From: Bacillota bacterium
GTDB taxonomy: Bacteria > Bacillota > Limnochordia > Limnochordales > Limnochordaceae
NCBI GenBank assembly: GCA_017577405.1
Contig: PIUA01000025.1
Coordinates: 5,525-69,524, forward strand
Direction of reading: 5' to 3'
Length of the DNA stretch: 64,000 bases
Both the position numbers and the translations under genes were made by a program. Positions within the stretch are counted from its first letter, which is position 1, and every line of letters starts with the position of its first letter. The notes beneath the pieces are model-generated. The model saw only the letters and a program-made list of their open reading frames with translations, ran no database searches and had not been told where the DNA came from. This document shows, piece after piece, positions 49,214 to 57,973 of this stretch.

Positions 49214-50002
49214 ATGGATTGGCGGAAGGGTCTGGCCGCACCCTTTCTCGCGGCGTGCGCGGCCTTGTGGCTCCTGACGGCGGTCGGGGCGGCCGCCGAG
49301 CTGACGGGGCCCGAGATTCTGGAACGGCTCCAGGGCGACTCCCCGCTGGCCACCCAGCAGGGGATGGCCCAGGTCCGGCTTACCACGGTCAACGAGCGGG
49401 GCCAGGAGCGGCCCAGCGAGATGCGGATCTTCATCCGGACGTCCGCAGACGGGACCGAGCAGCTCCTGGAGTACGTGGCCCCGGCCGACGTGGCGGGCAC
49501 CAAGCTCTACACCCGCACGCCCCGGAAGGGCGACCCCGACATTCTCCTTTACCTCCCCGCTTTGGGCCGGGAGCGGCGGATCGCCGCCACCGAGCGGGGC
49601 TCTACCTTCATGAACACCGACTTCACCTATGAGGAAATCACTAGCTTCGCTTCCTTTACCCAACTGTACACCGCGGAGCGGTTGGCCGACAGCGAGTGGG
49701 AGGGGCGCCCGGCCTACGTCCTCCGGCTCACCCCCAAGGAGGCCGACAGCCTGTACAGCCACGTGGTGATGTACGTCTGGCAGGAGGAGTTCCTGCCCCT
49801 GAGGGTCGACTTCTACAACCGGGATGGGGTCCTGTGGAAGCAGCTCCTCAACAGCAATTTCCAGCAGACCCCCGCCGGAACGTGGGAGGCGCGGCGGATC
49901 GAGATGGTGAACGTGCTCAAAAAGACCAAGACCATCATCGATCTGGTCACCACGTCCCGCACGGACGTCCCCGCCAACTTCCTGCGGGAGCTGCGTCGCT
50001 AG
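49214..50002 (+). CDS. Outer-membrane lipoprotein-sorting (LolA-like) protein
   Basis: Signal peptide; PADVAGT, LYLPALGRERRIA, FMNTDFTYEE, YSHVVMYV and RVDFYN motifs of the LolA_like family; RBS GGAGGTG. Confidence 0.85.
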   Translation: MDWRKGLAAPFLAACAALWLLTAVGAAAELTGPEILERLQGDSPLATQQGMAQVRLTTVNERGQERPSEMRIFIRTSADGTEQLLEYVAPADVAGTKLYTRTPRKGDPDILLYLPALGRERRIAATERGSTFMNTDFTYEEITSFASFTQLYTAERLADSEWEGRPAYVLRLTPKEADSLYSHVVMYVWQEEFLPLRVDFYNRDGVLWKQLLNSNFQQTPAGTWEARRIEMVNVLKKTKTIIDLVTTSRTDVPANFLRELRR

Positions 50003-50044
50003 GCGACGGAAGGACAGGCTGGAACCTTGTTGAGGAGGATCGCG

Positions 50045-51355
50045 ATGGGCCCCCGTCACACCCCAGAACGCTCCCCCCACCCAGCGCTCGCCTTGGTCCT
50101 GGGCTTGCTGTTGGCTTTGGGCCTGGCGGGCGTGGCGCGCGCCCAGGATGAGGTGACCATCCGGGGCCAGGTGGGCCAGACGCTGGGGTTCTTTCTTACC
50201 GAGGGATCCCGGCTCAACGGGGATGAGATCACGTGGGGACCGGGCCAGGTCTCCCTCAACCGGACCCACTACCAGCTCCAGTTTGAACGCCGGTTCGGCT
50301 GGGAGGCGGCGGGCCACATCTCCCTCAAAGGCTACTGGGACGCGGGGGTGGCGGGTCTGGAAGCCCTGAAAGGGGTGGCCAACGGCGACAGCTCCACCCT
50401 CCTGGAGCTGGACCAGGCCTACGTCGATCTCTACTCGGATCTGACCGACTTCCGCATTGGCCGCCAGCGGATCGCTTGGGGAACGGCCGACGGCTTCAAC
50501 CCCACCAGCTACTTCTCGCCCCTCACCTTGGACCTGACCCGGGGTTTGGAGGGGCTGGTCCAGCCCGTCACCGCCATCCGGACCAGCACCTACTTCAACG
50601 TGGGGACCCTGAGCGTGGTGATCGTCCCCGCGTTCGAGCCGTCGGAGTGGGAAAGGGTGCTCCAAGACGAGACCGGCCTGAGCGTGACCGCCGAGAACGT
50701 GAAGGACTATGAGAACCCCGGCGAGATCGGCCTCCAGTTCGACACCTTCTACCGGGGGACAAGCCTGTACCTGAGCTACTTCAACGGGTACGAGGACCAG
50801 CCGGTCGTCTGGGAGGGCGAGGCCAACCTGCACGGCGCATGGCGGCGGGAACAGAAGGTGGGGCTGGCGGCCGCGACGGCCTGGCGGGGCTTCACCCTCT
50901 GGGGGGAGGGGACCTACACCTTCCCCGGCCGGGTGGAGGGCCTGGACGAACAGCGCGCGGGGCAGATCTGGGGCCCCACGAAGCCTTATCCCACCGCCGT
51001 TCTGGGGGTGGACTACCTCTTCCCCCGGGGGATCCGGGCGGAGCTCCAGTACATCTACAACGGCCGGGGGAGCCTCCTCAAGATCTTCAACGAGAGCGAC
51101 GTTCCGGCGGGCCAGTACCTGATGGGGCTCGCCTCCATCCCCCTCACCGATGATCAAACCCTGGAGCTCCTGGCCCTGGACAGCCTCCGGGATGATTCGC
51201 GGGTCCTGGTCCCCACCTACCGGTACCAGCTCACCCCCACCACCCAGGCCAGCCTGAGCCTCATCCTGGTGGATGGGGGCCCGGCGAGCGAGGTCGGCCA
51301 GAAGCATCTGAGCGACCTGGACCAGCTGACCCTCGCGGTGACCGTCCGCTTCTGA
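50045..51355 (+). CDS. Putative outer-membrane beta-barrel protein (DUF1302-like)
   Basis: Signal peptide (ARA/QD), ELDQAYVD and FRIGRQRIAWGTADGFNPT motif, alternating beta-strand pattern, C-terminal LTLAVTVRF ending in Phe. Confidence 0.75.
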   Translation: MGPRHTPERSPHPALALVLGLLLALGLAGVARAQDEVTIRGQVGQTLGFFLTEGSRLNGDEITWGPGQVSLNRTHYQLQFERRFGWEAAGHISLKGYWDAGVAGLEALKGVANGDSSTLLELDQAYVDLYSDLTDFRIGRQRIAWGTADGFNPTSYFSPLTLDLTRGLEGLVQPVTAIRTSTYFNVGTLSVVIVPAFEPSEWERVLQDETGLSVTAENVKDYENPGEIGLQFDTFYRGTSLYLSYFNGYEDQPVVWEGEANLHGAWRREQKVGLAAATAWRGFTLWGEGTYTFPGRVEGLDEQRAGQIWGPTKPYPTAVLGVDYLFPRGIRAELQYIYNGRGSLLKIFNESDVPAGQYLMGLASIPLTDDQTLELLALDSLRDDSRVLVPTYRYQLTPTTQASLSLILVDGGPASEVGQKHLSDLDQLTLAVTVRF

Positions 51356-51411
51356 CCCGGTCCCGGTCGGGCCAAAGCCGAGCGGTCTTGGCATCCAGGG
51401 AGGGAGCGTGG

Positions 51412-52122
51412 GTGAAGCTCTTCGCGCTGGCCGACCTTCACCTGCCCGGCGGCCAGGAGAAACCCATGGACATCTTCGATCCCATCTGGCGGGACCACCC
51501 GGCCCAGATCGCCGCCCGCTGGCGGGAGCGGGTGGGCCCCGACGATCTGGTCCTGGTGCCGGGGGACATCTCGTGGGCCATGACCTTGGAGGAAGCCGCG
51601 GACGATCTCGCCTTCATCGGCGGCCTCCCGGGCCGGAAACTCCTCCTGCGGGGGAACCACGACTACTGGTGGTCCTCCATCAGCAAGGTGCGGGCCGCCC
51701 TCCCCGAAGGGGTGCACGCCCTCCAGAACGACTGCTTCGACCTGGGGGACGGCCGCGCGGTCTGCGGCACCCGCGGGTGGCTCATCCCGGGCAGCCAGGG
51801 CCTCGAACCGCACGATGAGAAGGTCTACCAGCGGGAGGCCATCCGCCTCCGGCTCTCCTTGGAAGCCGCGGCCGAGGCCGGGCTCCGGCCGGTGGTGGCC
51901 ATGATGCACTACCCGCCCTGCGATGCCCAAGGCTGGCCCACCCTCTTCACCCGGCTCTTGGAAGAGTTCCAGGTCCCCTTGTGTGTCTACGGCCACCTCC
52001 ACGGGCCGGCGGCCAAGGCCGCCCCGCCCCCCGAGGTGCGGGGGGTCCGGTACCAGCTGGTGGCGGCCGATTACGTCCGCTTCGAGCCGGTGCTGCTGAA
52101 CCCGCTCCTGGAGGGCCGTTAA
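51412..52122 (+). CDS. Calcineurin-like metallophosphoesterase
   Basis: ADLHL, PGDISWA, RGNHDYWW, MHYPP and YGHLH. Confidence 0.92.
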   Translation: MKLFALADLHLPGGQEKPMDIFDPIWRDHPAQIAARWRERVGPDDLVLVPGDISWAMTLEEAADDLAFIGGLPGRKLLLRGNHDYWWSSISKVRAALPEGVHALQNDCFDLGDGRAVCGTRGWLIPGSQGLEPHDEKVYQREAIRLRLSLEAAAEAGLRPVVAMMHYPPCDAQGWPTLFTRLLEEFQVPLCVYGHLHGPAAKAAPPPEVRGVRYQLVAADYVRFEPVLLNPLLEGR

Positions 52123-52125
52123 CCT

Positions 52126-52836
52126 TCAGCTCTCCGGCGAGCGGGCGGCGTCGCCCGTCTCCATGCGGCGGCCCTTGAGCTGGTGGGCCACCCGCTGGCC
52201 GGAGACGATGTAGATCACCCGCTCGGCGATGTTGGTGGCGTGGTCCGCGATCCGCTCCAGGTAGCGAGCGACGAAGATGAGGTTGATGGCCTGGCTGGCC
52301 CGGCGGGCATCGCCTCCCTGCAGCACGAAGCCGATCAGCTCGTCGAAGAGGGCCGAGTACAGCTCATCCACCGGATCGTCGGCGAGGCAGACGGCTTCCG
52401 CCGCCTTCACATCCTGGCTCACCAGGGAGTCCAGGCTCTGGCGGGTCATCTCCTGGGCCATGGAGGCCATCCTGGGGATGTCGATGAGGGGCTTGATCAG
52501 CGGGTCCTGGGCGATGCGGAGGGTGATCTCGGCGATGTTCACCGCGTAGTCGGCCATCCGCTCCAGATCGGTGACAACCTTGAGCACACCGCCCACCAGG
52601 CGCAGGTCCCGGGCCAGGGGCTGCTGGAGGGCCAGGAGCCGCATGCACCGTTCTTCGATGCGGCCATCCATCTGGTCGATCAGGTCGTCCATGCGGATGA
52701 CCTGCCGGGCCATCTCCGGATCCCGATCGGCGATGGAGCGGGTGGCCAGGGCGATCATCTCTTCCACCAGGCCCCCCATTTTGAGCAGCTCTTCCTTGAG
52801 GCGCTGCAGGTCGTTCTCGTAGGCTTGCCGGGCCAT
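52126..52836 (-). CDS. phoU: Phosphate signalling protein PhoU
   Basis: LALQQPLARDLR, DLERMADYA, PLIDIPRM and ARYLERIADHATNIAE. Confidence 0.96.
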   Translation of the reverse strand: MARQAYENDLQRLKEELLKMGGLVEEMIALATRSIADRDPEMARQVIRMDDLIDQMDGRIEERCMRLLALQQPLARDLRLVGGVLKVVTDLERMADYAVNIAEITLRIAQDPLIKPLIDIPRMASMAQEMTRQSLDSLVSQDVKAAEAVCLADDPVDELYSALFDELIGFVLQGGDARRASQAINLIFVARYLERIADHATNIAERVIYIVSGQRVAHQLKGRRMETGDAARSPES

Positions 52837-53216
52837 TCTGGGAACGCTCCCTCCCCTCGGGGACCGACGCCCCCATCCGTCGCAAGGCCGGCGGCGGACC
52901 CTGCTGTGGGTTCCATTATACCGCCTGGGCTTCCGGGCTACCAGGACGGCCCGCCGCCAACGGCCCCCCGGGGGTGCCCGCCCTGGGGATCAGGGTCAGA
53001 GTTGGCGCGCTTGTGCGCGCTTGCCAAGGGTTGCAGAAGGAATTGGGCGGCAGCGCGCCGAACGGGCACCACACAAAGACCACCGCCGGGAGAAGAGGCG
53101 ACGCCCGGCAGGGGAGGCATCGCCTCCGGCGGGGGGTCGGAAGCTTAGGCCGGAGCCGGTCGGCCCCCGGACTCGCTCTGTGAGGGTCTGCTGCTCCCCG
53201 GAAGGGGGGAGATGGA

Positions 53217-53402
53217 GTGTCGGAGGTCCGCGTTGGGCCCAACGAATCGATCGACCAAGCCCTCAGGCGCTTTCGCCGAAGCGTGCGGCGGTCCGGGGTC
53301 TTGCAGGACATGCGTCGGAAGGAGTTTTACGACAAGCCGAGCGTCCGCCGCAAAAAGAAGGCCGAGGCGGCTCGGCGGAAGCAGCGCCGGCGGAGCCGGT
53401 GA
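53217..53402 (+). CDS. rpsU: 30S ribosomal protein S21
   Basis: [13 protein letters not shown]…[19 protein letters not shown]. Confidence 0.96.
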   Translation: MSEVRVGPNESIDQALRRFRRSVRRSGVLQDMRRKEFYDKPSVRRKKKAEAARRKQRRRSR

Positions 53403-53411
53403 GGGAAGGGT

Positions 53412-53439
53412 GAGACCCGGGGTGATCCCGGGTCTTTTT
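53412..53439 (+). terminator. Intrinsic terminator after rpsU
   Basis: AGACCCGGG-GTGAT-CCCGGGTCT-TTTT. Confidence 0.85.
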
Positions 53440-53468
53440 GTCTCGCCTCAGGCTCCGGGGGCTGGCGG

Positions 53469-53497
53469 TTCTTGGAGCGGCCCGCCCCGCATAGGCT
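53469..53497 (+). promoter_or_regulatory. SigE-like promoter of yqfC-yqfD
   Basis: TTCTTG-N15-CATAGGCT; yqfCD is SigE-dependent in B. subtilis. Confidence 0.4.
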
Positions 53498-53538
53498 CCT
53501 AGAGCGAGGTTGTCTCCCATGCCCGCGGGGGGAAGCGT

Positions 53539-53868
53539 ATGGGCCGTTGGGACGAAGGCACGGGCCGCCGGGCCGGTCAGGGTCCAGCGCGTCCCTGGCA
53601 GCGGCTGGTGGGTTGGTTGGAACTGCCCGAGGAGGTGATGCTCGACCTCCCTCGGGCGACGGTGGTGGGCCGGGACCGGTGCCTGCTGGAAAACCACCGG
53701 GGGCTCCTCCGCTTCAGCGACGAGGAGGTGGTGGTCCAAAGCCGGCTGGGTCCCCTGCGGGTGGTGGGCCAGCGTCTGGAGATCGAGCGCCTGGCGGGCG
53801 GGGAGCTGGTTCTCCGGGGCCGGATCGACCAGATCGACTACACCCCGTTCCCCGACGGGGGGGCCTAA
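53539..53868 (+). CDS. yqfC: Sporulation protein YqfC (YabP family)
   Basis: LELPEEVMLDLPRATVVG…LENHRGLL…GRIDQI. Confidence 0.9.
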   Translation: MGRWDEGTGRRAGQGPARPWQRLVGWLELPEEVMLDLPRATVVGRDRCLLENHRGLLRFSDEEVVVQSRLGPLRVVGQRLEIERLAGGELVLRGRIDQIDYTPFPDGGA

Positions 53869-53869
53869 G

Positions 53870-55057
53870 GTGCGGGATCGCTGGCGGCGCTTCATCACCG
53901 GGTACGTCATCCTCCGCCTCCGGGGCCAGCGCCTGGAGGCCTTCCTCAACGAGGCAAGCCGGGCCGTTCCCTTCTTCGGGCTGAAACGGTACGGGCCCTC
54001 GCTGGCGGTGGGGCGGGTGCTCCAGCACCACCTCCGCCTCCTGCGGCCCATCGCCCGGCGGCGCCAGGTTCAGGTCCGGCTCCTGGAGCGGGTGGGTCTG
54101 CCCTTTCTCCTGGCCCGGGCCCGGCGCCATCCCTTCTTCTGGGCAGGCCTGGGCCTGAGCCTGCTCCTCACCCTCTGGTTCTCCTCCTACATCTGGGTGG
54201 TGGAGGTGGTGGGGACCCAGCGGGTCCGGGCCGAGGAGATCCAGGCGGAGGCCGCCCGGCTGGGGCTCCACCCCGGAGCGATGCGCCGGGAGCTGGATCT
54301 GAGGCGGGTGGAGGACGGCCTCCTCTTGGCCCATCCCTGGCTCACCTGGGCCGACGTCCAGGTGGAGGGGGTCCGGGCCCAGATCCGGGTGGCCGAGCGG
54401 AACGCCCCACCCCTGGGGGCGGACACCCCCGGAGACCTGGTGGCCCGCCGGGATGGGGTGGTGGTCCAGGCCGTCGCCTTCCAAGGCCAGCTGGAGGTGG
54501 CCCCCGGCGAGACCGTCGCCCGGGGGCAGGTGCTCATCCGGGGGCTCTTGGCCGGGGAGAGCCTGGAGCACCAGAGCCGGCTCCGCTCAGGCCAGTCACC
54601 GGTGGTCCGGGCGGAGGGGGTGGTGCGGGCCCGGGTGGGGTATGACAGCCAGGTGGAGCTCCCCCTGGTGGAGGTGGTGGAGGAGGTGGTGGGCCCCCGC
54701 CGGCGGAGCTACGGCCTGGAGGTGGCGGGCAGGAGCCTGATGATCGGGCCCAAACCGGAGCCCGCCCGGGTGGTCTCCTGGCGGATGCCCATCCAGATCG
54801 GGCCCTTCCGGTTGCCCGTGACCCTCAAGCTGGACGAGCGCTGGCCCACGGTCGAGCGGCGGGTGGAGCGGACGCTGGCCCAAGCCTGGGCGGAGGCCGA
54901 GGCCCGGGCCCGGAAGGTCATTGACGAGCGGGTGGGCGAGGGCGCGACCATCCTGGAGGAGACGGTGGAGACCTACCGGCCCGGGCCCGACCGGGTGGGG
55001 GTCCGGGTCCGGGTGGAGACCTTGGAGGAGATCGGCCTCTTCGTGCCCTACCAGTAG
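53870..55057 (+). CDS. yqfD: Sporulation protein YqfD
   Basis: GYVILRLRG..LEAFLN, GLPF, IWVVEVVG, DLVARRDGVV, GQVLIRG and ETLEEIG. Confidence 0.9.
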   Translation: MRDRWRRFITGYVILRLRGQRLEAFLNEASRAVPFFGLKRYGPSLAVGRVLQHHLRLLRPIARRRQVQVRLLERVGLPFLLARARRHPFFWAGLGLSLLLTLWFSSYIWVVEVVGTQRVRAEEIQAEAARLGLHPGAMRRELDLRRVEDGLLLAHPWLTWADVQVEGVRAQIRVAERNAPPLGADTPGDLVARRDGVVVQAVAFQGQLEVAPGETVARGQVLIRGLLAGESLEHQSRLRSGQSPVVRAEGVVRARVGYDSQVELPLVEVVEEVVGPRRRSYGLEVAGRSLMIGPKPEPARVVSWRMPIQIGPFRLPVTLKLDERWPTVERRVERTLAQAWAEAEARARKVIDERVGEGATILEETVETYRPGPDRVGVRVRVETLEEIGLFVPYQ

Positions 55058-55122
55058 GTGTGCCCCGCCTGGTCCCTCCTGCCTCAGGCGGGCCGTCGCC
55101 CCTGCCCCTCCAGGAGCTCCGC

Positions 55123-55151
55123 TTGACCGGCCCGTCCATTGGGACTAGAGT
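55123..55151 (+). promoter_or_regulatory. SigA promoter of pgpH-ybeY-dgkA
   Basis: TTGACC, 17 bp, TAGAGT. Confidence 0.55.
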
Positions 55152-55280
55152 TAGGTGTGATCCAGTGGCGAGCACGAGGGAACGCTTTGGAGACTGGCTG
55201 GTGAGGGCTTGACTCGACACGCGAATCTGCGGTCCCTTGGGGAGTCCGCAGTGGCTCGGGCCGGCCCGGGGGGTTGGGAG

Positions 55281-57416
55281 ATGGGTGAGGTTGCCAAACG
55301 GGTGGCCGCGTCGGCGCGGGCCGCGGGGGCATGGTTCCGCCGGCCCATCGACGGGCGCCTCTGGCTCTTTCTTGGGACAGGCCTGGTCCTCTTCCTCATC
55401 CTCGCCTTCAAGAGCCCCACAGGCGTCGACCTGCGGGTGGGGGAGGTGGCGGCCCGGGACATTGAGGCCCCCCGCTCGGTGGTCAACCGGGTGGCGACGG
55501 AGCGGCTCCGGGACGAGGCGGCCCGGGAAGCGGTCCGGAACGCGGCCAACAACCCGGAGAACTACCGGATCAACACCACCGTCGGGGTTCTGGCCGCCGA
55601 TGAGGTGCAGGGCCTCTTCCACCGGCTGATCCAGGTGGCGACGCCGGACACCGAGGAGGCGGCGGGGGTCACCGATGCCCAGGTGATCCAGGCCGTCGAG
55701 ATCCTGGCGGAGGCGGGGGTCTCGTTGCCTGCGTCCACGGTCCGCCCCGTTCTCGAGGCGGGGCCGGCCCGGCTGGAGCGCCTGGCTGAGATTAGCCGGG
55801 ACACGGTGGAGGAGATCCTCCGGACCCAGCGGGTGACCAGCGAGAGCCTCGATCCCCTCCGGGCCCAGGTGGGGGAGTACCTACCCGAGACGGGGCTGGC
55901 CGAGCCGGAGCGGCGGCTGGTCACCCTGGTGGTGGCCACCAACCTGCGGCCCAACCTCACCTTGGACCCCCAGGCGGTCCAGCGGGTGGAGCAGCAAGCG
56001 CGGCGCTCGGTGCCGGACGTGGTGGTCCAGCCGGGGCAGATGATCATCCGCCGGGGGGATGTGGCCACCCAGGAGACCATCCAGCTCCTCCAGGATCTGG
56101 GTATCCTGCGCCCTGAGCGGCCGTACGCCTCGTGGTTGGGCCTGGCGCTGGTGGCCTACGGTCTGGTGGGTTTGAGTGCCCTGGCCATCCGGCAGTTCCG
56201 GCCCGAGGTCAGCCGGGAGACCAAGCAGCTGGGCCTGGTCGCCCTGGTCTTTGTGCTGGTGGCCCTCCTCGCCCGGATCGTCTCCCTCTGGAGCTGGGAC
56301 GGCGCGCCCTTCCTCATCCCCGTGGCCTTGGGCAGCATGCTCATCACCATCCTGATCGACGCCCACGTGGCCGTCCTCACCACCCTGGTGGCCGCCCTGG
56401 TGACGGGCCTGGTGACCGACTACGCCCTGGAGCCCATGGTGGTGGCGCTCGTCGGCGGCATCACCGCCATCTTGAGCGTCAACCGGGCCTCCCAGCGGTC
56501 CGACGTAACCCGGGCCGGGCTGTGGGTGGGGCTCGCCTGCACCCTGACCCTGCTGGCCCTGAGCCTGGCCCGGGCCCGGCCGGTGCTGGGCTCCCACGCC
56601 TGGGTGGGGCTGGTCAACGGCCTGGTCAGCTCGGTGGGCACCCTGGGGCTCTTACCTTACCTGGAGACGGCCTTTGGCATCACCAGCGCCATCCGGCTCC
56701 TGGAGCTGGCCAACCCCAACCAGCCCTTGCTCCGCCGGCTCCTCCTGGAGGCCCCCGGTACCTACCACCACAGCATCATGGTGGGGAACCTGGCCGAGGC
56801 GGCCGCGGAGGCGACGGGGGGTGACAGCCTCCTGGTCCGGGTGGGCGCGCTCTACCACGACATCGGCAAGATCCGCCGGCCCTACTTTTTCACCGAGAAC
56901 CAGTTCGGGGGTGAGAACCCCCACGACAAGATCGCGCCCTCCTTGAGCACCCTGATCATCCTCTCCCACGTGCGGGACGGGCTGGAGCTGGCCCGGGAGT
57001 ACCGGCTGCCCGCGGTGATCAGCGCCTTCATCGCTGAACACCACGGGACCGACCTGGTCCGCTACTTCTACAACAAGGCGGTCGAGACCAGCCGGGACGG
57101 CACCGTGGACGAGGAGGACTTCCGCTATCCGGGGCCCAAGCCCCAGAGCAAGGAGACGGCCATCCTCATGCTGGCCGACGGGGTGGAGGCGACGGTGCGG
57201 AGCCTGAGCCGGCCGACGCCGGGCCGGATTGAGGGCGTGGTCCGCAAGCAGATCAAGGCCCGCCTGGAGTCGGGCCAGCTGGATGAGTCGGAGCTGACCA
57301 TGAAGGACCTGGACAAGATCGCCAACGCCTTCGTCAAGGTGCTGAACGGCGTCTACCACACCCGGGTCGAGTACCCCGAGCGGATCGTCCGGGAGATGCA
57401 GGCCCGGCGCGGGTAG
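55281..57416 (+). CDS. pgpH: 7TM-HD phosphohydrolase (PgpH-like c-di-AMP phosphodiesterase)
   Basis: Extracellular domain, TM block, EAPGTYHHS, YHDIGK, EHHGT, FRYPGPKPQSKE and MLAD; conserved position before ybeY. Confidence 0.88.
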   Translation: MGEVAKRVAASARAAGAWFRRPIDGRLWLFLGTGLVLFLILAFKSPTGVDLRVGEVAARDIEAPRSVVNRVATERLRDEAAREAVRNAANNPENYRINTTVGVLAADEVQGLFHRLIQVATPDTEEAAGVTDAQVIQAVEILAEAGVSLPASTVRPVLEAGPARLERLAEISRDTVEEILRTQRVTSESLDPLRAQVGEYLPETGLAEPERRLVTLVVATNLRPNLTLDPQAVQRVEQQARRSVPDVVVQPGQMIIRRGDVATQETIQLLQDLGILRPERPYASWLGLALVAYGLVGLSALAIRQFRPEVSRETKQLGLVALVFVLVALLARIVSLWSWDGAPFLIPVALGSMLITILIDAHVAVLTTLVAALVTGLVTDYALEPMVVALVGGITAILSVNRASQRSDVTRAGLWVGLACTLTLLALSLARARPVLGSHAWVGLVNGLVSSVGTLGLLPYLETAFGITSAIRLLELANPNQPLLRRLLLEAPGTYHHSIMVGNLAEAAAEATGGDSLLVRVGALYHDIGKIRRPYFFTENQFGGENPHDKIAPSLSTLIILSHVRDGLELAREYRLPAVISAFIAEHHGTDLVRYFYNKAVETSRDGTVDEEDFRYPGPKPQSKETAILMLADGVEATVRSLSRPTPGRIEGVVRKQIKARLESGQLDESELTMKDLDKIANAFVKVLNGVYHTRVEYPERIVREMQARRG

Positions 57417-57496
57417 GGCGCGGACAGGCCGGCAGCGGGGAGCAGGCTGCTGTCCAGGATGGGCAAGGGACAGGCTTTCGGAGAGGGCGTGAGCCA

Positions 57497-57973
57497 GTGG
57501 AGGTCGTGATCACCGGTTCCCAAGCGGAGACGGAGGGTTGGCGGCGGGTGGCGCCTGCGGTGGCGCGGGCCTTGGCGACGGCGGCGGAGGTCTTGGGCCT
57601 GCCGGCCGAGGCGGAGCTGAGCCTAGCGGTGGTGGACGACGAGGAGATCCGGCGGCTCAACGGCCAGTACCGGCAGGTAGACGCGCCCACCGACGTCCTC
57701 TCCTTCCCCTTGCTGGAACTGGAACCGGGGGCGCCCATCCCCGCCGACGAGGTCCCGCCCGTGCTGGGCGACGTGGTCCTCTCCCTCGCGCACATCTACC
57801 GGCAGGCCGAAGCCTTTGGCCACAGCCCCGAGCGGGAGGCGGCCTTCCTCGCGGTGCACGGCCTGCTTCACCTGCTGGGCCACGACCACCAGACGCCGGC
57901 GGAGGAGGCCCGTATGTTCGCTCTCCAGGAGGAGATCCTGGGAAGGGCGGGTTTGCCGCGCCATGGAACGTAA
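57497..57973 (+). CDS. ybeY: rRNA maturation endoribonuclease YbeY
   Basis: PTDVLSFP, LGDVV and HGLLHLLGHDH. Confidence 0.96.
   Translation: MEVVITGSQAETEGWRRVAPAVARALATAAEVLGLPAEAELSLAVVDDEEIRRLNGQYRQVDAPTDVLSFPLLELEPGAPIPADEVPPVLGDVVLSLAHIYRQAEAFGHSPEREAAFLAVHGLLHLLGHDHQTPAEEARMFALQEEILGRAGLPRHGT

Noticed and set aside
49214-49300. Lipobox-like LAAC in the LolA-like signal peptide
   Set aside because: The hydrophobic stretch continues after the Cys and ends in AAA/E, which fits signal peptidase I cleavage better; not certain without a predictor.
53002-53024. TTGGCGCGCTTGTGC as a sigma-54 promoter
   Set aside because: The GG-to-GC spacing is 9 nt rather than the required 10.
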